From Rhodosorus marinus CCMP1338 (Eukaryota; Plantae; Rhodophyta), in assembly GCA_029953675.1 (NCBI GenBank), contig JAMWBK010000008.1, positions 1,054,001 through 1,118,000 of the forward strand: DNA of 64,000 bases, written 5' to 3'. Numbering within the stretch: position 1 is the stretch's first letter; each line of letters begins with the position of its first letter. The position numbers and the translations under genes are program-made. Below, one piece after another: positions 1 through 11,764 of the stretch. The notes beneath the pieces were generated by a model. It saw nothing but the letters and a program-made list of their open reading frames with translations, had not been told where the DNA came from and did not search any database.

Positions 1-1263
1 CGACCAATGTGGATTCGTACAGAACAGGAAATATCGATCCACCCGCGTACCTTTCCAGACACTGTCATACTTCCGAACTATCGCAGGGCTACGCGGAGCG
101 GCTAGTTCGCCCCAAGAGCCCAGTACATTTACGAAAAAAATGTTACTGTGAACTGGGCATACTCAACAAAGGTTTAAAGACGCAATGTTAACTTAAGGTT
201 ACGGGATGAGCAGTAGCAGCGAGCGAAGTACATATCCAGTGTACACGTCATCTCACGTCACCTTGGGCGACGTCCATTCTTATGTTGATCGCTTGCTGGT
301 TTCACAAGGACTTGTACTCTGTTTTCTGTACTAGAGCAGATTTACAAGTCGAGTTTTTACCAGCCACTACCTCCTGATCGGAACATCCATCTCAATGGCT
401 TCAGTCAAACTAATACCAATGTGCCGACAACTCGAGGTTAGATCAGTGGAAGATTGATCTGTCGAGGAATGAGCGACTCTATCGATGCTCTAACGGACTG
501 AACGAACCCCAACCCCAACCCCCCCAAAATTTTCGTCTTGATCAAACCGAAATATAAAACTGAGTATCTTAGCAAAGGGTGGGTAAGTAATGGATGGATA
601 CAGAAATGTTTTAATATGTTTGTTTTGAGTTGACCCAATACTACCGGAGGGGATCTCGATTTCGTCAATGATGGAATCTTGGGTTATCAATATCAACTTT
701 CCAACCCCTCCAAAAAATCGTCAGTTTTTCTCGCTTTTGTGCGCCTTTCTTCACCGTGAATAATTGCAACGTTTTAAGTCCAAACCCAGTCTCTAAAATT
801 TATCATAAACAGAATTTTCCTGAGATTTTGTATTGTTCAAGGGGTAGCCCGTGTGGATTGATATATTCTGATGGCTGTGGTTTTAATAAAAAAATCAAGT
901 GGTTGATCGAAAGTCAATCCTGCAAAAATGGTTGTTAGCTCCTGTTAGAGTCGGGAAGTTATGCATCGGAAAAACGTGCTCACGAGTGGTGGAAGAGGTG
1001 AAATGGGAGTTGAGTCTGGTGATCGTGGAAGGGATCTGGAACATAAAAAGGATTATAAAAGAGTGGTTTGAGAGGGAGGAGTAGAGGAAGTGGTGTTCTC
1101 TACTTTTTTTGGAAACTCCCCGCGGTTGCTGGGTGAGAGACGCAGGGTTTGTTGTATTCGTCAGGGTCGGGTTTTAGAGGATCGGTGACGGAGGTTGGTT
1201 TGTGCTGGGCATAGATCGGCTTTGGATTTCGACGCTGTGTTGTTGCTCGAGAAGTGATCCGGG

Positions 1264-4048
1264 ATGGGGTCTCTGTTGAGATCCGAGGACATGACTAAGC
1301 TTCAAATTGTCTTCGATGAAGTTGCGGCTCATGATACTGTTGACGAACTGGGGAAGACAGGGATGTTCGAGTTCGAAGATCAAAACGAGGATATTTCGGA
1401 CTTCCAACGGCATTTTGCACCGAACATTCGACGATGTGAGGAGCTCCAACGCCGCCTCCGCTTCCTCGCCGAGGAAATGAAGAAGCTCGACTTGGAGCCC
1501 GATGATGACTACACTCAGGTGCCAGAGGAGGGCTTGAGGTTTGACAATTTGGAAAGCCTTTTGGAAAAGCTCGAGGCGAATATTCAAAGCCTTAACATCA
1601 ACTGTAGTCAGTTAGAAGACAATCACAACACGCTTGTAGAACAGAAGGTTGTACTTGAGAAGGGTGCAGAGTTCTTCAAGAATGCGCCGGTCGTCACCAA
1701 GTCTTCCTATGGTGCAACAGATGCAATTGTTAGTCTCTCCTCTACCATGGAGGCTTTGGGAGCTCAGAAAACATTATCCTTTCGGTTAGCGCCCAGAAAA
1801 GAATCTGATTCCCGAACCCCAGACTACGTAACCCCGAAGTTTGTTGTTGACATTGACTCGTTGTGTCTAGGCAATCTGGAAAGTCTGGAGAAGAACTGCT
1901 GCTTAATCAGCAGTCGGTCTCTGTAGGAACCCCTGATCTTCTGAACACTACTATGGGTCTTCTTACCAAGAGCAAGGTGCAAGCCTTCGATCGCTTGCTG
2001 TTCAGAGCATCACGAGGAAACGCTTTTTCGCGCTATGCCGAAGTTGACGAACCGATCCTGGATGCAGAGACAGGGGAGAAGGTGGAGAAAGTAGCTTTCA
2101 TAATCTTCCACTTTGGAGAAGAAATGGCTTCGAAAGTCAGCAAGATTTGCAAAGCGTTTATGGCTAGTGTACTTCCTTTCCCTGAGAAGGCAGAAGACCA
2201 AAGAAAAATGTATGCTCGTGTGATAACGGAAATCGCGGACTTGAAAGGCGTTATTGACAGCACTAAACGCCAGCGTCGTGAGCTCTTAGCTGACCTCATT
2301 CCGAAGTTTGCGTCATGGAACGACTTTGTCATGCGTGAGAAGGCAATATACCATTCGCTCAATATGGTCAAGACCGAGCAGAAGGTGTTCGTGGCGACGG
2401 GATGGGTGCCAACGATTGCTATCGACTCAGTTAGGACCGCTGCGGAGAAAGGCAAGAAACGCTCCCATTCGCAAGCTCAAACCATGATTGAAACGCAGCA
2501 TGTTCCCGCCTCTACCGAGCCGCCCACCTACTTCAGGACGAACAGATTCACGTCTGTGTTCCAGGGCATCGTTGAATCTTACGCAGTGGCACAGTACAAG
2601 GAGATGAACCCCGCACCATTCGCAGTCGTTTCTTTCCCGTTTCTGTTCGCCGTAATGTTTGGTGATGTTGGACATGGAATAATCATGGCGGCGGTAGCTT
2701 TTCTCATTATTCGAGCTGAAAGCAGCATGAAAGGAAAGAAACTTGACGAGATGACAGCTACCCTCTACGATGGGCGCTACATAATCTTCATGATGGGCTG
2801 TTTTTCTATATTCACCGGCCTTATATACAACGAGTTCTTCGCCGTACCGCTGGATTTCTTCGGGGGTCGTTGGAAGTATACGGACGCTAGCGCCATGGCA
2901 TGTGGCATCGATAATTGCGATGATCCTGCTGCTGTGCATCCTCCGCTAGCTCCGTACCCGTTTGGTTTCGATCCGATTTGGAAGGGGTCCACAACGGGCC
3001 TGTTGTTCTTCAATTCGTACAAAATGAAGCTGTCTATTATTCTCGGAGTGACTCAGATGGTTTTGGGGATTTGCCTTTCGTACAGGAATGCCAGATTCTT
3101 CAAAGAGCCGATTGATGTTTGGTACGTGTTCGTGCCACAGATGGTATTCATGAACTCTATCTTCGGATACCTGTGTCTCCTCATTATCCTCAAGTGGTGC
3201 ATCAACTATGACGCGCCAGAATGCCGTGCCGACCCTAACTGCGTACCGCCAGATATTAAGGCAATATTGATCGGCATGTTCATGTCTCCTGGAAGCCTTG
3301 AACCAACGCTTCAAATGTACCCGGGGCAGGCACTCGTTCAGACTCTGCTTTTGGCGGCCGCATTAATATCTGTCCCGATTATGTTTCTGGCGAAGCCCCT
3401 GTTGCTGAAGCAACGCCATGAGAACCGACAGAAGCACACAGAACACTCGGCGCTCTTGGTAAGGAACCTGTGCTAAACCGGGCTTCTCTGTTTATCCGAA
3501 ACAGATAATTTTCCGTCGCTAACTCCACATCGTGCTGTCTTGTAGGGAGATGAGGAAGATGATGAAGCTGGTCATGGGCATGGTGAATTTGTCTTTGGGG
3601 ACGTGATGGTCCAGAACATGATTCACACAATCGAGTTTGTTCTCGGATGCGTGTCGAACACAGCGAGCTATCTGCGTTTGTGGGCATTGTCCTTAGCTCA
3701 TGCTGAACTGAGCAACGTCTTCCTCGAGAAGCTTATATATATGGGAGCCGGGAGTGGAAGCGCCATCCTTATGGTGGTTTGCTACAGCATGTGGAGTGAG
3801 TAACTAGTGCTGAACCCGTCAGTGTGACTCTGGTGACTTTGTTCTCTAATCATGTTTTCGTCACCGCTTGTTTTCCGGCAGTTGCTATGACCATAGGAGT
3901 CCTGATGCTGATGGAGTCGCTTTCTGCCTTCCTTCACGCTCTTCGATTGCACTGGGTGGAATTTCAGAATAAGTTCTACAGTTTACATGGCCCCGGGGCT
4001 AAGTTTAAGCCGTTTAGTTATGAGGAATTACGAAAGGGAGAGGAATAG
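1264..4048 (+). CDS. VPH1: V-type H+-ATPase V0 subunit a (4 exons)
   Basis: Motifs [69 protein letters not shown] and [26 protein letters not shown] introns 1785-1870, 3459-3545 and 3796-3881 join the ORF pieces in frame. Confidence 0.97.
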
Positions 4049-4209
4049 ATTGCCTGAATAAATCTGATTACGACATATACGGTTCATCCTCGAACGTAAC
4101 ATCGGATCTCGAAAACAACACCTAATCCGGACCCAGCCCCGGGCTTCACAGTTGTGTGTCCACCTTCGTGTTGGCTTCGCAAACTAAATACCGTTTCGAC
4201 GATCATCGG

Positions 4210-4595
4210 CAACGCCTCCTTTGGGGATCCAGCCTTGGTGGACTGCTTTCCTTCCCGTGAGGTGATCGGCTTCAGCTTCTATCGAGAAGTCGTCTGCTCA
4301 GCTCCCTCTGGAAAGATATTACCATCCCGATTAATACTTGGGGACACAGACTTGCTCATCGTGGCAGGATAAGAGTCTTGACTGCTTTCCTTTGGGGAAG
4401 GGCTGCGGTAGCTAGCTGCGGAGCAAAGGAAGGGGGACTGGAAGCGAGCAAGACTGACGCCAAGTCGTTTGCTCAGCGCCCCCCGGAAAGGTATCACTAT
4501 CCCTATTAAGACTTCGGCGATACAGACTTGTTCATCGTAAAAGGATAAGCCCTTGGCTCCTTAGAGGATGGGGGACTGGGAGCGAGCAAGACTTG
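4210..4595. repeat. Degenerate ~177-bp direct duplication, possibly a coding relic on the minus strand
   Basis: 4285-4375 aligns with 4462-4550; GGGGACTGG(A/G)AGCGAGCAAGACT occurs at about 4433 and about 4571; GACTGCTTTCCTT occurs at about 4241 and about 4380. Confidence 0.75.
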
Positions 4596-4616
4596 GGATG
4601 CTAAGCAACGTGCAAC

Positions 4617-5813
4617 ATGGGGTTCGTTGTGTTTGTTACTGGTAGGTAATTCCTGAGCATTACCCGGCATTCTCGCGAGTTCAATGAAATGTTGAATGCA
4701 GTTGTCTTTTGTAGGTGCCGCTGGGTTCATCGGGCAAGCATTTGTGGTTGAGCTTTTGAGGCGTGGAGTTCTCGAGACCGGAGAAGGGTCTCCGAGATCT
4801 ATAGAATCTCTGGTTTTGGCTGATCTTGCAGAAGATATTCCCGTTGTGAAAGGCTACGAGAAAGAGGAACGACTCGTACGTAGAGGAGGCGTTGATATCC
4901 GGGATAAAGGAGCGTTCGACGCGCTGCTGGACGAATATGTCGGAGACGAAGATATGCTTTCGGTCTTCCATCTTGGGGGAATCGCGAGCGGAGATGGTGA
5001 ACGGGATGACCGAGGGGCGGATCTCGCCCTGGACATCAATTTTCTGGGTACTCGGGCTGTGATGACGGCTCTTCGAGAATGGAACAGACGAACTGGAATG
5101 CAGTCAAGATTTGTGTTCACCTCCACGAACGCTGTCTTCGGGCCCACGGAGACAATCACGGACCATTCCAAAGTAATGCCGAGGACTTCGTATGGCACGG
5201 CGAAGGCTATGTGCGAACTCTTAATCAATGATTGGAGCAGACGAGGCTTTCTTGATGGTCGATGTACGCGTATGCCTGCAGTGGTAAGCAGCATCCCTCT
5301 CGGGGATCTCAAGTCCATCCTGCAGATATCTGAATCTGAACACCGAAGCACACGCTCGTTTTGCAGATTCCACGAACGACACAAAATGCCTCGGCCGCCT
5401 CTGCCTGGTCGGAAGTGATTGCCAAGCCTTACGATGGTATCACTGCCGATCTTTCCGTTCCAATGGAGACATTCCTTCCGGTGATCTCAATCTTCCGCAT
5501 GATGGACAACTTGATTAGACTGCATAATATTCCGGACAAGGCCCTCGGGGAAGATCGCGTTGTTGTCATGCCTGCTTTGCCGATCACCCTAGCCGAGGCT
5601 GCAGCCGAGGTCGAAGCAGTTTTCAAGAAGCACGGTCGTCCCATTCCGACTCCGGTCGCATCTTACGAAGAGGACCCTCAGGTTGCGGGTATTGTGAAGG
5701 ACTGGCCCCCACAGCACGCCGTGGTAAGGGCTTTTGAGCTAGGCTGGGGCGTGGACAGGTCTGTTGGCGAGATCATCACTCTTTTCATTGAAAACCGAAG
5801 TGCTTTGCCCTGA
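4617..5813 (+). CDS. NAD-dependent extended SDR, D-erythronate dehydrogenase (DenD)-like (3 exons)
   Basis: Splicing (introns 4642-4714 and 5284-5366) gives MGFVVFVTGAAGFIG (GxxGxxG), RFVFTSTNAVFG and TSYGTAKAMCELLINDWSRRGFLDGR (YxxxK), matching the DenD-like pattern as recalled. Confidence 0.85.
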
Positions 5814-6455
5814 GAGACTTGGGACCTGGTTGACATCCGTTTGCCAGTGCAAATTATCTACGCAGCACATTTGATTCCTTTGCTCTTGGTCAGAGTGAGC
5901 ATGGCCGAGATTCGAGGTGCTACGTAGAAACAGGTGCTGGAGATGGAAGTGGTTTGGGACAGCGGCTTTCCACTGGTTGCTGCATGAACTTTCCCGGGGA
6001 CCATGCTGTCTTATGATTGCCAAATGGCGAGAACAAACGCTTTTACGGTTTGGATTGCGGATTCCTGAGCAAGGAGGAGGCCAAGACGCTGTGTAAGGGG
6101 CCCACTCATGATTAGCAGGGAGGCTACTTTGTGTAGATCCTGCGGACAGAAATTTGTAGTAGAAAATGAATCTGTGTATCTACCCAACAAACGTGAAGTG
6201 TTTGACTTCAAAAGAGTCCTGTCTTGGAATTCTCTTCGCTTGCAGGAATACCAACCTACAGAAGATCCCTACTGATTCGAGATACCCGAAGCTCGAATGA
6301 GCAACTCTGCCTTGGCAGTGCTCTTTAAGATTCCAACCAACGGAAACCAATGATCACTGATTGTTCGAATGATGAGTCTGACCCTGATCACTTTGGGGGT
6401 TCGCAACAGACTACTCAAATGCGACCTGCTCCCCAACCCCCCTTAAGTGGACATG

Positions 6456-7130
6456 TAAATGAGTAGCGAAGAACGCATTTGAATCGGAAGCTAGTCAGCA
6501 AGGGTTTGTAATCGACAATGTCCGCTTAGGTGGACATCCGAACATGCTATTCTCCACCGAAGCCTTTCCCCGTTCACGAGCACCACGCTCTCTCCGAAGG
6601 CGAGTTGGCCCTCCGACAACCCGCAGTTTCCAGACTCGTCTACAGCAGTGCAGTCCGCCGAATGTAAACAAAGAGCGAGGACAGCAGGAACGGATTCCAT
6701 AGATAAATGAGTAGCGAAGAACGCATTTGAATCGGAAGCTAGTCAGCCAGAGTTTGTAATCGACAATGTCCCCTTAGATGGACATCCGAACATGCTAATC
6801 TCCAACGAAGCCTTTCCCCGTTCACGAGCATCGCGCTCTCTCCGAAGGCGAATTGCCCCTCCGGCAACCTGCAGTTTCCAGAATCGTCTACAGCAGTGCA
6901 GTCTGCCGAATGTCCATAAAAAGCGAGGACAGCAGGAACGGATTCCACAGATAAACGAGTAGCGAAGAACGCATTTGAATCGGAAGCTAGTCAGCCAGAG
7001 TTTGTAATCGACAATGTCCGCTTAGGTGGACATCCGAACATGCTATTCTCCACCGAAGCCTTTCCCCGTTCACGAGCACCACGCTCTCTCCGAAGCCGAG
7101 TTGGCCCTCCGGCAACCCTTGCTTTCCAGA
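6456..7130. repeat. Tandem repeat, 248-bp unit, about 2.7 copies
   Basis: Units start TAAA(T/C)GAGTAGCGAAGAACGCATTTGAATCGGAAGCTAG at 6456, 6704 and 6952 (exact 248 spacing) with scattered substitutions; it produces the three near-identical minus-strand ORFs. Confidence 0.95.
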
Positions 7131-8167
7131 ATTTGCCTTGTACGATCTGCACGTCATCCCACTTACGATATATTTCAAATAAACTATCAATCTTATTTAA
7201 TGCGCAAATAAATCAAAACACCGTATAGTTTATACGTTAATATCAAGATTCCTTTACGTTTAAAGAGATTCATGAATTCAAAACAAAAACGTCCTGCGCG
7301 AACGCAATAGGGGGTGCCAAAAAAGAAAATATCTCGAAATGTTGTTTTTAGTAATTCCAGGAGAGATCATTGTATTTACGAACTGTGAACAGAGGGGTAA
7401 GAATAATGGAAATCGAAGTGCAAAGGAGCGTTAACGATAGGATTCTCCCGAATTCCGACCACACAGAGAGGGGGGGTAATGCGTTTCTGCAATATAGCTC
7501 AAAGTTTGACCATGACGACAAAAAAAAAGTATCCTTCTTTTATACTAAAAAACATTATTTGAGTTTGGAACCTGTCCCGGACGGAAATCGCCAACACTGC
7601 TTGGCACAAGAGAGCAGACGGGAAAACGAGAAAGAGGAGCAGGGGGGGGGGTGCCGGGATAACCCTATTGTCAGCTTCAAAATTATATTCTCAAGCAACT
7701 ATATCGGTTAAGTTCCAATTTTTTCTTTCAGTAAAGATGAAGATTTGAGATTCCTCCAATATTTTCTTAGCTTCCGGTTGGATATGGGCAATATTGATTG
7801 TAAGATGCTATCAGTTTGGTATGTTCACAGAACGGATCCCCCCGTTCTTTTTCTCTTGAGCAGAAAGGAGGAAGGTTATGATGGAGGGGGGTTTCTATTT
7901 TTAACAAAAAAAATTCAAAAGGGTTTTCGGAAATTTTGATACGCGCTCCAAACCCTTTACGTTTTGGGTGAAATAATACCGGGAGCGTGCATACTTGGAT
8001 AAATGCTGCTAGTACAAATAGAGTAATTTACAAAAGCGAAGCTTAGCCAGGGTTGCGAATTGAGAATCCGTTAAAAACCTCCCAACTGATTCTTTTGAAC
8101 CACCAATGAAGAGGAGCCTTCCATGCGAAATATCCAATGATCATCCATAGACTACACTACCGGTAGA

Positions 8168-8194
8168 AATAGGGCCACTAACAGTGGCCCTATT
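8168..8194. other. Perfect 12-bp inverted repeat with 3-nt spacer
   Basis: AATAGGGCCACT-AAC-AGTGGCCCTATT in an AT-rich intergenic stretch. Confidence 0.9.
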
Positions 8195-9128
8195 AATACG
8201 CTTAGGACCAATCGTAATCCAACTGTCACGGAGAAAATGATGAGATTGTTGTATTCCTTTTAATGTTGACGAGTTTTGAGCACGGCGAGCCGGTTCAACA
8301 CAGATTTTTCTTTTTAAAAAGGCGTTTGTATACGCCTCGATTAGACTTCAACTGGAGTAGACCCTCGAAGAAAAATTTTCTTAGCTAATGATTGGTCAAC
8401 CAATCTACCCCCTGGGAACGTTTTGGGTGCTTTGCTGATCATCTATAAATTAGTGATTAAAATATGGAGTATAGAAATCTCGTGAAAAGGAAGTGCAACT
8501 ATGAATTTCAATATTTTCTTAGTGAATACCAATTCTGTACCGCTTTCTTCTATCCATGAAAAAGTTCAAAAGTTCTACGGAGAAATGAAAGAATACCGAT
8601 CCACGATCGATTAATTGCTCTTCACTCAAATAAAATCAAAGATAATAAAATATTTATGGTTTTCAAGACTATTGTATGCAACTGATTGGACAGAATGATA
8701 GGGTTACGGGGGTAAACTCAAATGGACGTGTACCCATCGATATCCTTCTTTTTTCTTATGTGATTCATGTATTTGTTTCGTTTCCTTGGGGGTAAGCGAG
8801 CCCGAGATTTTTGAGCCTCCGCTGAGGATAGTTCAGGAAGCTATTTGCTCGATTTTGTCAGGGGGGGTAGGCATGTGTAGAGGTGCAGGCAGGAGCAGTG
8901 AGCAGCGGGGAGGTCTGAAGAGAAGCAGGGCTGCACTGGTGGAACTCTGCGGAATGGATGCGCAAGCTGTGGAATAGCCGCAGCTGAGGGAGTGAGATAA
9001 ATAGCCTGGACGAAGAAGATCTTGTATAGTATATGAGCCTTGTACAGGAAGGTGTTCTGTTGGAGTGAAGTCTGGTGGGTCTGCTGGTCTGGCTTTGGTT
9101 GGGTTTGTTCCTGGTACTGATTGAAAAG

Positions 9129-10739
9129 ATGTCGAGTCAAGAGAGTGTTACGATGGCGGAGACAGCAGGCTTTCACGCTGTCTGCGAGAAGGCGGATGGC
9201 TTCGACGATCTGAGGAAACCTGAGATTACAGTCCTTCGAGAAGAAGACGCAGAACTGGCTCAGGCAGAGTTCTTATCGGACCTCCAACTGGGACTCAATT
9301 CCAAATCCAAGTACCTCTCGTCGCTCTACTTTTATGATGACCTCGGATCTCGTAAGTTGCTTCCACAGATGATCTTGGTAGACAGATTTGCTATGCAGTT
9401 CAATGCATGTTGCGTTTCTGTTGCACATCCGCCCCTGCTAGCATTGGATTTCTTGCATGATGCGAGTACCCGATGAGGAAAATTGTCAGAAGAGCGCCAG
9501 ACCAAACATTGCTGAGATCCGTCTGCCTTGTCCTGCCCTCATAACAGAACTCTTCTCGAGGATCACCGAGCTGGACGAGTACTACCCAACCAACTGCGAG
9601 GTGGACATACTTCAGTCATCATCCAACGAGATCGTTCACGACCTTGTGGACGGCGCTATTAAAGAAGGAAAGCAGATAAACTTGATAGAACTAGGTGCTG
9701 GTGATGGCCGGAAGACGTGTGTGCTGCTGGAGGCGCTGCTGGCGAACGACGTCAAGTTCAAGTTCTTCCCCGTTGATATTTCCCGTGAAGCTGTAGAGAT
9801 GTTGATGCATCGAGTTTATAGGCGATTTGGCGACAGAGTGAGAGTCCATGGAGTTGTCGCGGACAACCTGCAGGGGCTTTCATGGATCCGTGAGAATTTT
9901 ACTTCAGGCTCGAACGTCGCACTCTTCCTCGGCAGTTCCATAGGTGAGATGACGTATCACTCAGTCTCGCAGAGCCAGGGATTTGGTCATATTGGAGCGC
10001 TCAATGGCCGTCCAACTCGGATGCCCCAGGCAACTTTCCCACGGAGGCAGCCCAATCGTTCCTAGCTGGCGTTCAGAAGTCGCTGAACAGTGGGGACAAG
10101 CTGTTCATCGGTTTTGACTTGCTAAAGGTTGGTGGAATGCCTGTCTGACCTGCCTGATTGACCAGCGGCCGCTTACAGACTAGCAATTCCGTGTTCAGGA
10201 TCCCGAGATAATGAGAAGAGCGTACTCTGACCAACTCGGGGTGACGGCACAGTTCAACTACAACTTGCTGCGAAGAATCAACAATGAGTTCAACGCCAAT
10301 TTTGACCTTGGCTCATTCTACCACGTCGCCAATTTCAATGTGGCCCTGGGTGGGATGGAGTCGTGGCTTATTTCATCGAAGGATCAGACCGTAAGCACCT
10401 TATCCTCTCCTAAACGCGTGTCAAACCGGAAGATCATTGTACTTGGATCCTTATCCGTCCTCTCTTCCGCTCGTCATGTGATGCAGGTGGACATACCCGG
10501 TTGTGGTACATTTCAGTTTAATAGTTTCGAGGGTATTCACACAGAGTATTCATTCAAGTATTCCGACAAATCGATAAGCGAGCTTGCGGCTGGCTCTGGG
10601 TTTAAGGTACTGATGTCGAATACTTTTGCCAGTCAGCCAGTGCATGGTTGCTAACAATTCTCCCCGACTCGTTTTTCAGGAAACGAAGTTGTATAGGGAT
10701 CGGAAGAACTGGTATGCCGATGCCGTATGGACCGCATAG
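9129..10739 (+). CDS. egtD: L-histidine N-alpha-trimethyltransferase (EgtD, Methyltransf_33 family), 6 exons
   Basis: Motifs YFYDDLGS|LFSRITELDEYYPT, LIELGAGDGRKT, LFLGSSIGN, LFIGFDLLK, AYSDQLGVTAQFNYNLLRRIN and EGIHTEYSFKY. Five GT-AG introns restore the frame; the protein ends KNWYADAVWTA. Confidence 0.92.
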
Positions 10740-11106
10740 GATAGAGTTGCGCACGCGGTTCAGCAGCACACATGTCCTAGTGCACCCTCTTTACTTTCTT
10801 TTCTTTATTTTCCGTAAACTATTGTCGTGAGGCTCCCGGTTGTTCCGTTTGGGTTTGAGTCATGAACCGCTCGGTTCAGAGTTTCCGAGGACGCAAGGTT
10901 CAAACCTTCGAGAGCAGTGAGGGACCAAGCACTTTCGCCTGAACTTTTTACGCTGTTGAGTTTTGTTAAGTTTACTCGTGGTGTGACCAAAAGATTCTGA
11001 ATTCTAGTCCCCGGGCCTCTCAACTTTGCAGAAAGTCCTTGTTACATACACGACGATCGATCGCTTCTACCCCCGTACATTGGTATGACTAGCAACTGCA
11101 TAAACC

Positions 11107-11673
11107 TTATTCGCCTCGCGCAGCGGTTTGGGCCTTGCTGCTCTCGAGTCGCTTTGCTTCTTTTTCCTCCTGCTCCAACCGGTCTCGAGCTCTGACAGCC
11201 GCCAATCTCAGCGACGCACTGAGAACATCAACTCTATCGTCGTAGACCTTGGCGTTGTCGTGGGTTAGCGCAAGATAATGGTTTGATGCGTCCCTTAACG
11301 AAAAGGTCTCAAAGTATGTCACGACCTCAGAAACTTTGCTCTCCTGGACCCCGTATCTAGAGGCATGGCAAAGCAATTCGTGAGTAGGAGCTACCCTGAA
11401 CGTCTCACTCGATTGTTTTCAGTACTTTTCAGTTACGGAATACCTTTTGGCGACCTCGTTGGCGAGGAAATCCTCCCTGCTCTTGTAGTATTCGTTGATG
11501 ATATCCGTGGTCTGCGCACCATTGAGCCTTCCGGGAGCGACTTCGTTGAGCACGCTCTTCATAGATCTCACCGACGATGCTATCGCCCGCTTCTTCCTCG
11601 GGTTCGCCGTCCGCTGTGGGACAGTATCTTCAGCAGCTGATGACGAAATAGCGCTGGATAAGGAATTTACCAT
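11107..11673 (-). CDS. Hypothetical helical protein (probably 2 exons)
   Basis: Two adjacent protein-like ORFs (11419-11673 and 11107-11376) separated by an intron-sized gap; no family recognised. Confidence 0.5.
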
Positions 11674-11764
11674 GTCGCGATGCTTCAGCGCGACTGTGAA
11701 TCCCTATTAGTTAAAAAGAAAAGCGGAAGCATTAGAATTTGTGTTGCATGAGAAACGGAGACTT

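Noticed and set aside
1-480. Gene fragment at the window start
   Set aside because: Upstream skew suggests a minus-strand gene, but no consistent exon chain or homology could be built.
1264-4048. Overlapping or split ORFs in V-ATPase, CCT1, MCM6 and Prp6 read as frameshifting, readthrough or pseudogenes
   Set aside because: The breaks I traced are bridged in frame by canonical GT-AG introns.
6456-7130. 248-bp repeat as 5S/5.8S rRNA or a CRISPR array (contains CGAAGAACGCA and TCGGAAGCTA)
   Set aside because: Similarity is limited to about 10-nt words with no further rRNA match; the whole unit repeats with no unique spacers and no cas genes are present.
6491-7190. Three paralogous ~69-aa minus-strand ORFs as a real peptide family
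   Set aside because: They are a by-product of the DNA repeat; substitutions are mostly non-synonymous and two of the three begin at an alternative codon or in unrelated flank.
7980-8720. Organelle-derived insertion (NUPT/NUMT)
   Set aside because: AT-rich, but no plastid or mitochondrial gene fragment could be recognised in the frames translated; a BLAST search is needed.
9352-9547. C/D snoRNA in the unusually long EgtD intron 1
   Set aside because: Only an imperfect C box (ATGATGC) and one CTGA, with no terminal stem or recognisable rRNA guide.
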